NCBI RefSeq assembly: GCF_002105155.1
Contig: NW_019029016.1
Location: 62,001-126,000, forward strand
From: Lobosporangium transversale
Lineage: Eukaryota
Length of the DNA: 64,000 bases
Direction: 5' to 3'
Shown: positions 45,301 through 56,600 of the stretch, in pieces
How positions within the stretch are numbered: the first letter of the stretch is position 1
Layout: each line of letters starts with the position of its first letter
Made by a program: the position numbers and the translations under genes
The notes under the pieces: model-generated
Seen by the model: only the letters and a program-made list of their open reading frames with translations
Told to the model about the DNA's origin: nothing
Database searches by the model: none

Positions 45301-46035
45301 GTGATGGAAATTGCTGGAACTGTTGCTGCTGGTGGGGGTACATGTTAAAGTAAATACCCCTGCTGCGAGAACCGGAATTGCGACCGGATCCTCTGTTTTG
45401 CAAAGCTGTCTTGCGAGGCTTGCTGGCCTCCTGGTACTCCTCAGCAGCTTTAATTCGGGCTGCAATATCATCTTTAGTGATAGTTGCAGTCTTTTCATGA
45501 TCAGGGGCTGGCTTGAGACCCTTTGCGTACACAAAATTATCCATGCGCAGATCGGTGATTTGGCGTGCTGTAACGGCCAGATGAGATCGCATGACATGCC
45601 CAAAATCTGCGACGATCTGCCGTAATGCAGGATCGTGCACTTTGTGAAAGTATTCTGCCAGGAATTCGTCCAAGGGTCGCGTAGCGTGGGCCTGACGTTC
45701 CTGTAGTTGGGATAACCACTTGTCCACTCGTTGAAAAGAAGTGGTCTCCTGAGGCCAAGGCAACTCAAGAGAGGGCGCTTTGTACTGCTGATCTGGGTTC
45801 TTGGGATAGAGGACGTACTCGGTGAGGATGTTATCGTCGCCAGAGTTGTCCGGGGGACGGAAGAAATGAGAGCCGTCAAGGGAAGGTACAGCCGCTTTGA
45901 GGGTATCAGAGAGGACAAGTATCTTGGCCTGTGGGCGATCAATGGTGATGGGGGAAGGGGAAGAGGAGGAAGGGTTGGCCTGCGTAAGGGCAGCCACCTG
46001 CTGACGAAGAGTGTTGATTTCATGAAGGAGTGCAT
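42310..46035 (-). CDS. Long YR ORF (1241 aa), DIRS B2
   Basis: Same motifs as 2633-6358; intact. Confidence 0.9.
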   Translation of the reverse strand: MHSFMKSTLFVSRWLPLRRPTLPPLPLPPSPLIAHRPRYLSSLIPSKRLYLPLTALISSVPRTTLATITSSPSTSSIPRTQISSTKRPLLSCLGLRRPLLFNEWTSGYPNYRNVRPTLRDPWTNSWQNTFTKCTILHYGRSSQILGMSCDLIWPLQHAKSPICAWIILCTQRVSSQPLIMKRLQLSLKMILQPELKLLRSTRRPASLARQLCKTEDPVAIPVLAAGVFTLTCTPTSSNSSSNFHHNRNLIHQRIIIKHNKPHLLSSLTGMESPCITTSRDSIFTEAAVDGDAAAPTRASRRPSAPLLEGLEAPHGRQVGPLRDWKRFSDSLPQTTSNNTHIKSPFPASIQGGDTGDRERSDRTSGQKSHRARFGTWFPESFVYYPQEDRGPPACPQPTSSQSIYHHRLVQDGDDSGSMQYPSEERLFDEHRSQRCFPSCADSSTFSSLPSVSVEGSAVSVSHSTFRDVTVAVSLHEGPTPGVEMGEASRNTADSLHRRSVDHGQLQSPSRRAHESCPGQTQVSWIPHQQGEILSDANEMSRSSGFHHQHHRHDPLGTEVQGQGHTARSSEDAQQGMDDGSQLGYVHRESHGDDSSSISSSSNDAASSGIEEQSAQPSGVILGSDDLTGRQSSSRSGLVDTPTQGVERDVMDSVANSDGRVHRRLRPRLGDRHRAAHLDRAMATKHTPPTHQFKRVTNRVLRSHSTANTREDAQPSNRQHNHHRLHQPVRRNSFTTSDGPGGQNMEALSSNRHKTQDHICTFSIQSSRCTITPDASAARMEAGPVIFPSSRPAVGASSDRPLCIAQQQPASSVHDMETSSFGSGLRCAETQVEPLGQPLHLSSMELTSKDPAEARPGRPGSDHNYSILAIGDLVPEDTGNGDPTPFTDSTNMCSPSTRKRRAHPAQESTLGPYRVESKRTRMLIDGLSPAVTEFICAHKGSKSTKREYEKHQAEFVTWLKEGSFEQGINPAIPVVNWLHYVRVARNLKWSTLMTMKSAVLALFRDPERVRSDEYYRQFLKAGKQEGVVESRSGHFDITPVLDHFRQSSANMELPFEELTWKLCWLLGVCGFMRPDDIRCVDVSLSKLVLGKLQLVVVFPKEKSDGQRIIKHVTIGSHFDKKLCPVDAYTAYLDRLSCPSTTSPHPKDPTRSIVPLIRFVKDHTQPARATTIGSHMSRISSLMDLGDKKAPKLRALGSTLAAIAGVPVADIMVQGNWSSPKVFEKHYRLSSATSNNMSMSTLG
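43266..45209 (-). CDS. Pol (RT-RNaseH-MT), DIRS B2
   Basis: AYIDD, YTDAS, DLFAS, CPPW; intact. Confidence 0.93.
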   Translation of the reverse strand, partial: QPAGTVFLQRQPWTGTRQRQQEPVGGRLHLYSRAWRLLTDDRWVRSVIGNGFQIPFHRQPPITHTSRALSPHLSKEETLAIENEVIALLAKKAIEHASGPGFQSRLFTIPKKTGDLRPVLNLRPLNQFIITDSFKMETIQVVCNTLQKNDYLTSIDLKDAFLHVLIHPHFRPYLQFQWKGQLYQFRTLPFGMSLSPLVFTKVLRPVLRWARRRGIRLTAYIDDLLIMASSKAQAEEHTNLVLDKLKSLGFLINKEKSSLMPTKCLDHLGFTINTTDMTLSVPKSKVRDIRREAAKMLSKGWTTVRNLATFIGKAMATTAAVFPARLMTRHLLALKNRALSHQGSSWEATISLDDRARADLDWWTHQLKEWNGTSWIQSPTQMDVYTDASDQGWGIVIGQRTWTGLWPPNIRHQHINLKELLTVYYAVTLPQTQGRMLNLVIDNTTTIAYINRFGGTRSQPLMDLADKIWKHCLATGTRLRTTYVPSVFNPADAPSRRMQAQLEWRLDPSFFRRLDQQWGPHRIDLFASPSNNQLPQFMTWKPHPLAVDFDALRHKWSHLGNLYICPPWNLLPRILQKLDQEGLEATIITPFWPSAIWFPKIQAMATQPPLPIPRTCVLPPPGNDAHILLKNPHWGLTAWRVRGRGCS

Positions 46036-46066
46036 TATGAGTGTTGTCGGTAGAATTGTCGCTCAT
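45137..46066 (-). CDS. Gag-like ORF1, DIRS B2
   Basis: Same protein as B1 gag from MSDNSTD. Confidence 0.8.
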   Translation of the reverse strand: MSDNSTDNTHNALLHEINTLRQQVAALTQANPSSSSPSPITIDRPQAKILVLSDTLKAAVPSLDGSHFFRPPDNSGDDNILTEYVLYPKNPDQQYKAPSLELPWPQETTSFQRVDKWLSQLQERQAHATRPLDEFLAEYFHKVHDPALRQIVADFGHVMRSHLAVTARQITDLRMDNFVYAKGLKPAPDHEKTATITKDDIAARIKAAEEYQEASKPRKTALQNRGSGRNSGSRSRGIYFNMYPHQQQQFQQFPSQSQPYSPANHHQAQQATPPQLTYGYGEPMHNNQQGQYFYRGSRGRGRGSANKSQ

Positions 46067-46264
46067 TGGAACGAATAGATAATAGTCTGCAACGGATGAG
46101 TTCCAGGAGCGACGAGAAGAAAGATGTAGATCAGAGTTGCAGGGCAGAGGGATCTTTTTATTTAGTTTATTTTTCTTTATTTCTCGTCGGATTTTCAATG
46201 AAGAAAGGTGACACACATACGGACATGGTACCGTAGACAATGTGCTTTAAAAGACACGACTTAC

Positions 46265-47830
46265 ACTCTTCCTTCGTCTGTCACAAAATCTAGAACGAAT
46301 TTGCTCCAGATTTTTATGCGCGCTAAATGCACGTCACACCATACGATAAGTGTCAGTAAAGGAGGTTGGAATCGTGCTGGCCCTGGAGACTTGGGATCCG
46401 AGATATTTATTCTTTATTTATTACTTTATCTTGTGTTTTTTTGTGAGGGGGGTGAGCCTAGGCGGCTGATGTGATATGGAGGGCTAAAGTTCTTTGATTT
46501 CATGATAGTAGGATCCATTGAGTGAAGTGCATGAAATGGAGGAATAATGGAATGAAGGAGTTAAAGAAACCGATGAATCATATAATGCGTAATGCTCAGC
46601 ATGAACCCATTCAGTGTGAAATTGGAACACGAATCGAGATAGAGAATAGGGGGTCTCCTAGCGGAAAACCTCTTTATTTGCAAATCGAGGAAAATCTGGA
46701 ACAAATCTGTTCTGGAAACAGACGAAGGGACAATTTTAATCACAAAAAAAAAAAGAAAGTCTTCTTGGTAGAGTGGTATCGAGTAAAAAAAAAAAGTGTC
46801 GGAGGAGGTATCGAGTTAAAAAAAAGTGAGTGGACACTAATTTTTTTATACCACTTATTTTTTTTTTTTTGACAACGAGAACCTTAGAGTCTCTTCTTGT
46901 CTTCCTCTCTCCTCTTGTCACTTCCCACTGCCTGTCTTTCTCTTTCTTCTTGTCATGAGTCCTTGCCACAACTTCGTTAATGAGGAAGAGTGCTTCACTC
47001 TTTGAATTTAAGATTAACGTCCCTGATAACAAATGGCTTGTAATATGGCAAGCCTGAGGTGTCCGTTCCCACGCAAGATTCAATTGCTCACTCGTTGACT
47101 CTGTCATTTCCGTGAAGGTTTTTTTATTGATAGCTTTCGTAAATGGCGAGTGGTGGAGGATTCCCTCAATTGATGGAGGAGCTGCATCACGTTGTTCGCT
47201 CTCCTGTATTTCCCATGGAGGTAAGTATCCAAGAACATGGGCAGATTTATTAACCAAAGCATGAACAGGCGCTATTGGAAGTGAACCATAGGCTGTTCCA
47301 GAGACAAGAGCATCAAACTCACATCCAGGGATGGAAATCCCCATGGGATATTGTCTGATTCTGTCAGAATAATACATCTTTTGCATTTTCCGTTCTGATG
47401 ATTCCAGTCCACATGCATGTATTAGAGCCTCGTTAGAAGGGTGCCAAGCCTGAGATGGCCGAGCTAACTGAAAGGGTGTGACAGGGTGGGCGTCTGAATC
47501 TCTTTTGGATTCATGTCATACGTGACACGCTTTGGATTCCAACTAATGCTTTCGGAAGCCAGGTTTCGTCCCAAATCTGGCTCTACACCCCTTGCGGTGG
47601 ATTGCCCATCACTGTCTCTTCTTATAATCACACACTTTCCCAAGGACAACAACACCATCAATGGTGTGACAATCAAGGGATCGTGAGACTTCGAAAAGAC
47701 TCAAATGTTTTGTGTCCGAACAATAATCACAAACGATCTTCTCAATCTCCTTATCATCCAGAGCATCATCTTCTGATACAGTTGAGTTCTCGTTGCTTCG
47801 TTTCTTTGAGTAACGCCTAAAGAGAAATAA
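46265..47830 (-). pseudogene. Degenerate paralog of the 29290-32115 gene family; continues left of DIRS B2 (~41300-41860)
   Basis: IEGILHHSPF...EMT....EQLNLAW...LSGTLILNS aligns with LEGLFKTSPY...ELT....ELLNDDW...FAGSILLNS. Confidence 0.5.
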
Positions 47831-48087
47831 AAGACTGAATGTTGGCGCATGGACAACAAAAAAAAAAAAAAAATCCGCGTGGAACAAGCTGCTAGACGAC
47901 AGGAAGGATTTCTTACATCGAATTAGTCATGTTTTTTGACTACGGCAGCAAGAGGACAACAGTGGTTGCAGGGAAAGAAATTAAAAGGAGCGTAAAAAAA
48001 AAGGAAAGAAAAGAAAAAAGAGAGAAGAGGGACAAATAAAAAAAATAAAACAGCAACGGACAAGCCAAGAAAATAAAAATTACACTT

Positions 48088-49118
48088 CTAAACATTATCC
48101 TCCCCAATCGCCTGAACTTTGCCCTGTGCTCCATTCATGGGCCCTTGTGCCACTGAGAGATTCGAAATTACCATGATAGACGCCCCTACCCACAAAGTTA
48201 ACTTCGTCTGCAATCCTGTCTCTGTCTGCACCCAGTTTTTATTCACTGTTGCTGTGCCGGACCTGTCAATTGCTAAGATTTCCATTCTTTCCTCTACATA
48301 CAAATTTCGTTCAACTTGGTAACAGTTTCCACGTGGCTCGCCAGCGCAACCGTGTTCATCTCCGGCATCTCAATGGCATTTGCCAAGGCTAGGTCGAGCG
48401 TCCTTGCCTCTAGGAGCTCCTTAATCTCTTTCCATTCCCGATGTCCCCGTGGCCCTTCGTCGTACAATTGTTAAAAAGTTAAAAAATCGTCCATCACCCA
48501 TTTCGTAATTCGAGTCTTTCAAATTTATTAAACAACTCCTCGCTTGCCCAGAGCCATTTCGTTTCCTCATCCCTATCACCCCTCGTTTATTTCTTTACGC
48601 CTTCGTACCACGGGAGCAAGCTGAGCAAAGTCTCCAAATAACATACATGCATACCCATCAAACGCTACCCCTGCACTTGCTCTTGGACATACCTGCTGTA
48701 GTGTATTATTCGTCGCTTCAAATATGTCGCTCGATATCATTGAAGCTTCATCCACAACAAAAAATGCCTCCCGTCCTCGATTGCGGATGCAGTATATGTT
48801 CCAGTCCATCTCAAACGCATTTGGGGCCACCACAGCTTCGACTCCTCCTCCTCCTCCTTGCGCTGCCGCTCCAAAAAATCTATAGATTGTCATCCCTCCG
48901 ACATTGACAGCCGCTACCCCCGATGGCGCCAACACCACTGGTTCGAATCTAGTACCTACCTTTAACCGATGCATCAGTACCTTCAACACACTGGACCTTC
49001 CAGTTCCTGCTGACCCTGTCACCAAAACCAGTCCCGCATCCCGCAAAATGACTTCAATAACATCCAGTTGTTCTTCATTCAACATTATGGTTGGCATCAT
49101 TGCGTGTTGACCCCCCAC
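48088..49118 (-). pseudogene. Pif1-like helicase pseudogene
   Basis: LNEEQ...VTGSAGTGRS (Walker A K->R), APSGVAAVNVGGMTI, VDEASMIS, FGDFAQLAPV, L.VGA.IM...NL....NG; fragmented. Confidence 0.8.
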
Positions 49119-50328
49119 TGGCCTTACAACATCCCCTGCAGCCTATGTCTGCTCCAAAAAATTCAGTGACAGCACAAATTCCTCAAATACTCGCTCTGGC
49201 AGTACTCGAGCCGCCAGATCAAAAAAACTCTTTCCCATGTCCTTCTGCAGCCATTCGGCGCTGTCCAAACGCGTAGCCCAATGTAGCTCCAGTAAATGCA
49301 CGGCTGTATCCTGAAGAGTGTTCTTATGTCCAGGATAAATCCGGCTTTGAACTCGCTCAATAGCTAAAATATTTTATTTCCTGAAAATTTCCTCACCAAT
49401 AAAAGATAAAATTACTATTTCCCCCGCATCTGTAAAAAGCATATCAACACTTATCGACAATCGCGTTTACTTAATGGGACTCATGGACACTGCTGTAAAT
49501 AATAATATGAAATATTAAAACATCTTTGTTTTAATAATTGCTTATGCCTTAGGCACCATAGGCTTCTTCTGACTCCTCTATCTCTCTGATCCTTTTTCAA
49601 TTTGAGTCCTTTTTCGGCTATATTCATATCCACTAGAGTATATTAGATTCCTTGTCAGGTTCTTGCTCATTTTTCCAAATGCCTATTTTCATTCAGCTAA
49701 CCACACTAATTTATTATCCCGAATATAATATATTTTTTTCTTTTTTTAAAAAAGGGTTTATTTGGAATAAATTGTTCGCACCTCCAAGAAACAAGCACCG
49801 TGAGAAACACCGCTACACTCACCTCATCTCTATGATATGGGGGCCAGTAATGAGAAGATAGATTTTCTTTTTTTGAATGAAGCAATATAACTATTTCTGT
49901 GTCAACACCTTTTAGAGCTGCCAGCGAGACTCTACGACGGGTCTGGTTTTTTTTTTGGTGTTTTGTGAAGACTAAGGTTAAAATTTACTTGCTCCTCAGG
50001 TGGCAACGACCCCAGTGTTTTTCCAAACTTTACATTGACCTCAATATTATTCTCCATGATAGTCTAGTGGGAAGGAAGCGAAGGTGTCAGTTAAAGCAAG
50101 CATATAGGGGCAAGCGAAGCAAATCGGAAACTACCTTGATCGTAAGACAAAATTTTAAATGCAGAAGAATTTTCGCAAGATAAGCATATTTGGAGAGGTG
50201 GTATTTCTCGTGGAGAATATTTATCACAATGAACTCATTCGAATCCTTAATGCTTGTTGTGTATACTGACAGGTAATGTCCTACGGATAGAGACGATAAT
50301 TTAATAGGTAGGTCTGCACATTGAATTA

Positions 50329-50801
50329 CTAAAAAAAAAAAAAAAAAAAAAAAAAAACTGTCAAAAGGAACATACCAAACACAATAACAACAATAACACA
50401 ATACTCCTTCGCGATTTCGAATGAGCCCGTAGTGTTGTAGAAACGCTCTAGTAGGGCGTCAGCAGCATTTCGGAACGATTTTTCTTTGTCCTCAGCATGT
50501 TTGGCATGATCGGTACAGGCAGGAGAGCCAACGTTCTCAAAAATAATATCAACATGGCCATCCATAGCTACATAGTAAGCATCCACGTTTGTTCCCTTAG
50601 TATGCGTTTTGTCTCTGACAAGGGCGCGGCGCCACGACGAAGGTATGAAATGATTTTCATTTGAGAAGCCTTTCGATATTAGTCCTGAAACGCCAGTCTG
50701 CAGTGTCGTGAAGTCAGGAAGCACCCAATAGGACGTGTATGTATTCTCATCGGCTTGTGGGTTTAGCCCATAGCGAAGGAGTTTCAACCTATGAAAATTT
50801 T

Positions 50802-50834
<33 letters not shown>

Positions 50835-52027
50835 AGGTCAATTTATGTCCTGGTTCTTGAATAGATAGATATTGCTCTTGATAAACCTCACCTGTCATAG
50901 AGCAAGTCATTGATCCAGGGTTCCCAGAAAGGATCATTGCGGATGTTTTGAATAACTGTTTCGGCATCTCGCCCATTGTTAGATTGGAACCAAACAGTGG
51001 CCTCATTGTATAAATCCTGGTTGATAACACTCAACTTGAAGTTATTCAGTTCAGTAGCGTGATGGAATACTGCCTCCAAACTAAAATGCAGGTAGAGAGT
51101 TAGTGAATTAGTAATTGAATATAATTAAAGGATATAATATCAAACGGTGCTCATCATACTCTTTAACTTGAGGAACCTCCTCAAAGTATCTTTGATTTGA
51201 TCTCGGTGGGGTTCTTGGAATTGATATCAATATGCCATCATTACCGTCATCATCAATATTGTTGCTGTTGTCGATGCATCTACTATCCTCATGGGAATTC
51301 GTAGACTTTCGATTGTCACGCCGTTGTGATGCCACATCCTTGCCTACAGATCCACATAACAGCAGATAGAACAGTCGTGAAAGGTCAGAACATAATATCA
51401 AAAGTAGCAACATAAAACATTCTCACATGTACCTGCGTGGTCTTTCTCATCATGAGATCTCAGTTCGTCCTCCAGCTCAATCCTTTGTCTTTTGTTAATA
51501 ACCTGATCAGCCACATCGTGTACTGAGCTACGACCCTTTAAAAGTTTACGTAGTGATTGTTGTTGCTGGAAAAACTCTGATTCATATGTGACATCAATGC
51601 GATTTTCCCAATCACTGTCCATTCTTTTGGCAGTATCACGTAGCACCTGATGTTGGCTATGACGGAAAGCAGCTCTAGCAGTTCCCCATTCTTGCCTGAC
51701 ACGGGCTCGACCAATTAGACGTCCTTTTGACCAAACTAAGAAATTTGGATAATTGAATTCTTGGGGACGACTGCAGGCCAGAAAGTACTCCTTCGATGAC
51801 AGGTTTTCAAGACTCTCACGCCATGACTCTTTCACCTTCTTATTTGGCGACATATTCCTACTCCTATTATAGTTTAAAATGAAACAGTAGTTACTGATGA
51901 CATTTAAAATAATACTGATCAATTGAATTAAAGAAGAACGTAGAGTCTCAATATCTGACAGGTTAAGCTCAACGGTGTCAGAATACCAGGAACCTCCGAC
52001 AAGGCATCTGTAATGAAACTCTTGCAA
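50329..52027 (-). CDS. Hypothetical multi-exon protein (possible nuclease-fold C-terminus)
   Basis: Consecutive minus-strand ORFs separated by T-rich GT-AG introns; KGTNVDAYY...VDIIFEN acidic motif. Confidence 0.4.
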
Positions 52028-52478
52028 TAATGAGTCTCATTCACAGCGTTGTAATCCATCAGAGAAATTCTTGCAGTGATGAAATCACATTCGGAGCTTC
52101 AAAGTTACGACCACAACCCTGCGCGTCGGAGGACACACACTCAATGTCTTTAAAGCATGCAGTTAGGATCAGCCTGACTACATGGCAAGGAGTGGAGGCA
52201 GAGTGACTGTACACTATCCAACAGCCTTTGCTCGAGGGTGTTGGAATGTCATGTACTCTAAACGACATGCAGCACAGAACCTCTAGCTAAAATGAGGAAT
52301 CTGGGCAGTGTTGGAATGCAGAGCTGTAACATTTCCAACGTTGTCGTAAAGAGAAACGTCAGGCGTCACGAATGTTGATGACGCACCTGCAGACATGGTG
52401 GTCAACCTAGTGATTACTGACCAAAGAACAGAACAAAATGAAAAAAAAAAAAAAAAAGTTGAAGACGCCCTACTGATT

Positions 52479-52482
<4 letters not shown>

Positions 52483-52518
<36 letters not shown>
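52483..52518. repeat. (AG)n microsatellite
   Basis: Directly visible. Confidence 0.95.
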
Positions 52519-52521
<3 letters not shown>

Positions 52522-53053
52522 ATGTGCAGAGAAGAAAAAAAATAGTGTGAACAGGTACACAGAAGCGAGTGTCAATGGAGGCAATCAAAACGATATTCAA
52601 ACAATTAATTAAATCAAATCGTATAATTACACCTGAATTCTGTAAAACATGCTATCTACGTCATATTTTCTGTAAAAATCGGCACTAATTACAATTCAGG
52701 CGACAATGAACAGAAAGAATTTTTTTTATGGAGTTTGTTCAAAGTGTCTACCTTAAATGATTCGTCTTGATTGCTTGGAAATTACGTGCCCGAGAATGAG
52801 AAAGAAGAGATGGAGAAATTCTAGCTAAGCTTGTCGCTCTTTTTGGTTACATATTTTCGATTACAAGAGTTACGTTAAGTAAAGTAAACCATTTAAAAAG
52901 AGTGACAAGCTCGACTCCCAGTCTGAGGTCGAAGCCACGTGCAGCGAATGAACGTGTGAGTGTCATTATGTCGACTGGCATGAGGACTAAAAAAAATTAT
53001 TTCCCTGAAAATTTCTTGCCGATCACTATTGCCTGCATTATTTCTAGCGAAAT

Positions 53054-53575
53054 AGCCGGGGACCATGGCGAAGCCACGGTCGGCTCTTGCCTCGTTAGAA
53101 AACTCAATGCTTTGCCTCGTGAAGATAAAAAAAGAAATAGTCTGCAACAACTAAGGTTTTTATTTCGACATAGATGAAATCAATAAACTCATGTAGGTCT
53201 TTGGCCTTTACTACTGCAAAAAGCTGTGTGTAAACCGCGTATTTTTTTTTTAACGAAAAAAAGTAAAGTGCAGACACATACCAAACTAAGATACAAACCA
53301 ACATACAAAAAATAAAAAACGATCAAGAAGGTAAATATCTGGTAATCACAGCATTAGATGGAAAAACGACAGCGAAGAGACAACATGGTAAATGACGCTC
53401 AAAAGGTGATGTACCTAAAAGCATCTTTGAAGATAATGTTCCGCGTGTATGTTCCAGCCTTTTCTCTTACCTTGCCGTTCATGATAAGTGCCTTTAGATT
53501 ATTTAGGTTTGAGAGATGACCATGACTGAAAGCATCTTGGGGAAGATAAACACCGACATGTTTGAGCGTCTGTCA
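53054..53575 (-). mobile_element. Truncated second Helitron 3' fragment
   Basis: 53400-53575 duplicates the helicase C-terminus (QTLKHVGVYLPQDAFSHGHL; cf. 54080-54150). Hairpin CCATGGCGAAGCCACGG near 53062-53079. Confidence 0.75.
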
Positions 53576-53683
53576 CTCTCCAAAAAGCTCTACCAAGCGT
53601 GGATTATGCTCTCTATGAAGAATCAAATCTCCCTGGGATCCCCATCGTTATTCTATTTAGATAGAGCTGCAAATTAAATAAAT

Positions 53684-56600
53684 ACGAGCCGGAGACCGTG
53701 GCTTCGCCACGGCCTGCTCTTGCCTCGTAATAAAATTTAATGCTTACAACATAGTAAGTTATCTTTATCGTACAAAATAAAATACAAAAACAAAATAAAA
53801 TACAAAATATAAATACAAAATAAAATACAAAATATAAATGCAGGTAAAATACAAATAAGTGCTACAAATAACGTCAGATTGAATAACAATGGAGATGAGC
53901 TGAAAGTTGACGTGAATGACTTGGAGATGAAGAAGCAGCAGGATGTCTGAAAACCAAGATATTGTGACTACAATGCGCCCTTGAAGACAATGTTTCTGGT
54001 GTATATCCCAGGCTTGGCTTGTACCTTCCCATTCCCGACCAGCACCTTAAGATTGTTTGGGTCAGTACACCGTGATAAAGCAACGTAGAGATGGCCATGA
54101 CTGAAGACATCTTGAGGAAGATAAACACCGACATGTTTAAGTGTCTGTCCTTGTGACTTATTGATAGTCATGGCGAAGGCTGGCTTGACTGGAAATTGGC
54201 GTCTGCTGAACATAACTGGCGAAGAGCGGTCATCAATCGTTGTAAGCGGTATGCGAGGAATGAAAACACGCTCCCCTCGATATTGCCCATTGATAATCTC
54301 AGTCTGGATCATTCTTGTGCCCAACGCACGCACAATCATGCGGGTGCCATTACATAGTCCGCGCTTTGGATTCAAGTTGCGAAGAAGGATGACAGGTTGA
54401 CCGACTTTCAATTCCAGTTTGAATGGAGGCAAGCCTGGTGGACTAAGCTTGTTTAGATATTCTACAGGATAATGGACCGGAGCTGTTGCTTCAGGGTCTT
54501 GTAGGCTATCTTGACCAATATAACTGACTGATTGCTGAGTACTACAGAGCATAGTGGTAGCCAATTGGTTTAGCCTGTCTACATCTTCATTGAGAGGGCT
54601 CAATATAGCGCTCAATGAGTATTTCAGGCCGGAGTCCAGCAGTTTCGATGTCTGGAAATATCTGCCTAATTAGTAGCTTTTCGTGACTGTGATCCTTATT
54701 TACAGCTGGGGCGTCAAGGACCAAGTTGTCAGGTATCCTGATATAGTCGCCATGAGGGCCAAAACTAACGGTCGGCTCTGTCCCTTCACCAATACGGAGT
54801 AGCCATTCGACAAACGCTTGGTTCTCAGGATGGCTGTTAACTCGCATATTCTTGCTCAGTCTGAGTGTCGTCACCGAAGGCCAAATATAAGATCTTTTCA
54901 ATGAAGCATCCTCAATCTGAGCCTGTGTCCCACGGATGACAACCGGAAGTACCTGTCTGAAGTCGCCTCCAAATACAAACACTTTACCACCGAACGGAGT
55001 ATCCTGTTCCATAATGTCTCGAAGCAGCCTGTCTACAGCCTCAAAACAATGCTTATGCTGCAAAGGAGCCTCATCCCAGAAGACGACATCAGCATTACGT
55101 ATTCTTACGGCAGCATCTTGCCGCATACCAAGATAGCAGATGGAGCGACAGTCAACAGGGATCGGTACCTTGAACGTAGAATGGGCTGTATGGCCGTTAT
55201 GGAGAATAAGAGAGGCAATTCCTGATGATGCGACAGCAATCACACTTCGCTTATGTCGGCCAGTGAGACAACCAATGAGCGTGTTGTATAAAAAGGATTT
55301 GCCTGTTCCTCCTGGGCCATCAATGAAAAAAAGTCTCTCATGAACCTCACCCTTGGCTGCCTTAATGATGTGTTCAAAGGCTATCCTCTGGTCCAAGTTC
55401 AAGTGTATCACGTTATTGAGAGCCTCTTGTTCAAATTCCCATTGCTTCTGCGTGTCATCAACTTGATCTTCCTCCTGTAGGGCATTTTCTATTCCTTGAG
55501 GCATCTCTGGAAAGTTAGCCAGGCAGGACCCAAGCTCCTTCAGCACTTCATTCAGATCGTAAAGTGCCGAGCTCTTAGCTTGTTCCTCTGCGATACCCTC
55601 CGCAGTAGCAGTTGCTTCTCCCTGGAGTCCTTTACATATATGAAGGAAGTCTTCTGACAGGTCCCTTGCAAAGCGAGTCCAAAGAGCCAGTGGGTCAGAG
55701 AGGCTACAGTTGATCATCATAATACCAAACAGGTGCCGCAACATCCTCGGTAACTGATATGTGGATGCTTCTTCCAAGCAACGACTCCATTGTTCATCAT
55801 CCTCGAGCAAGCCGCGAGCAAGGGCAGCTGAGTAAAACGTATCAAAGACCTTGTTGACTTCAGGCATGGTGCGGAGCTCAGCAAAACTCTTTGCTCCTTT
55901 GACATGCATAAGCAGCAGCCGAAGACAATACCTTTCGCGTTCTTTTGGCTGGACAAAATAGATTCTAGAGAGAACCTTCGTGCTATTGGTCCTGGCTCTC
56001 TCTCTCCGTCTTCTACTGCGCTTGTCCCAGGTGTAGTGATAAGGCACATCAGGGTACAAATAGTATTCTGGTACCTTTATATTGCTTGCCGCTTCGGCAT
56101 TGGCTGCATTTGTTGCTTCCTTCTGCCCTCGGAATTTCTTTCTCAATGGCACTATTGAGCTTGAACCATGCCATGAGCTGCGAGTCTTGGGCACAGGAGA
56201 TGACTTGCTCGAGGTTAGCATCAGGACCGAAGACCACTTGCTGCTGATCCTCCAGATGGACAGGCAGTCGAACAACATTATGGGATTGCCCATGGAGCGC
56301 AAAGCCATACATACGCCATAAGCTCTCGCAAGTAGATACATATCGGCTATCCCTGTATTTGCTGACCTCATCGAGATTAACATTTCCTCCATCCGCTGCC
56401 AGCCACGACAGCAACTGCTGCTCTATCATGACCCTTGTGCACGTATTTGTAAATATACTTGACTGATGACACTGATCCACAGACTTCAACGTTAATATGA
56501 GCGTTATATTTGGTTGTAAGCCATAAATTGTGAGGAACAACCCAAGTGTTGTCGACAGTGTTGCCTTTTGAGTTTACAAAGGAGCGTGCAGGATCATTAC

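Larger units (their letters stand above)
41934..46241 (-). mobile_element. DIRS1-type YR retrotransposon, family B copy 2, full length
   Basis: Near-identical to 2256-6566; AAT at both junctions; ICR 42128-42219. Confidence 0.96.
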
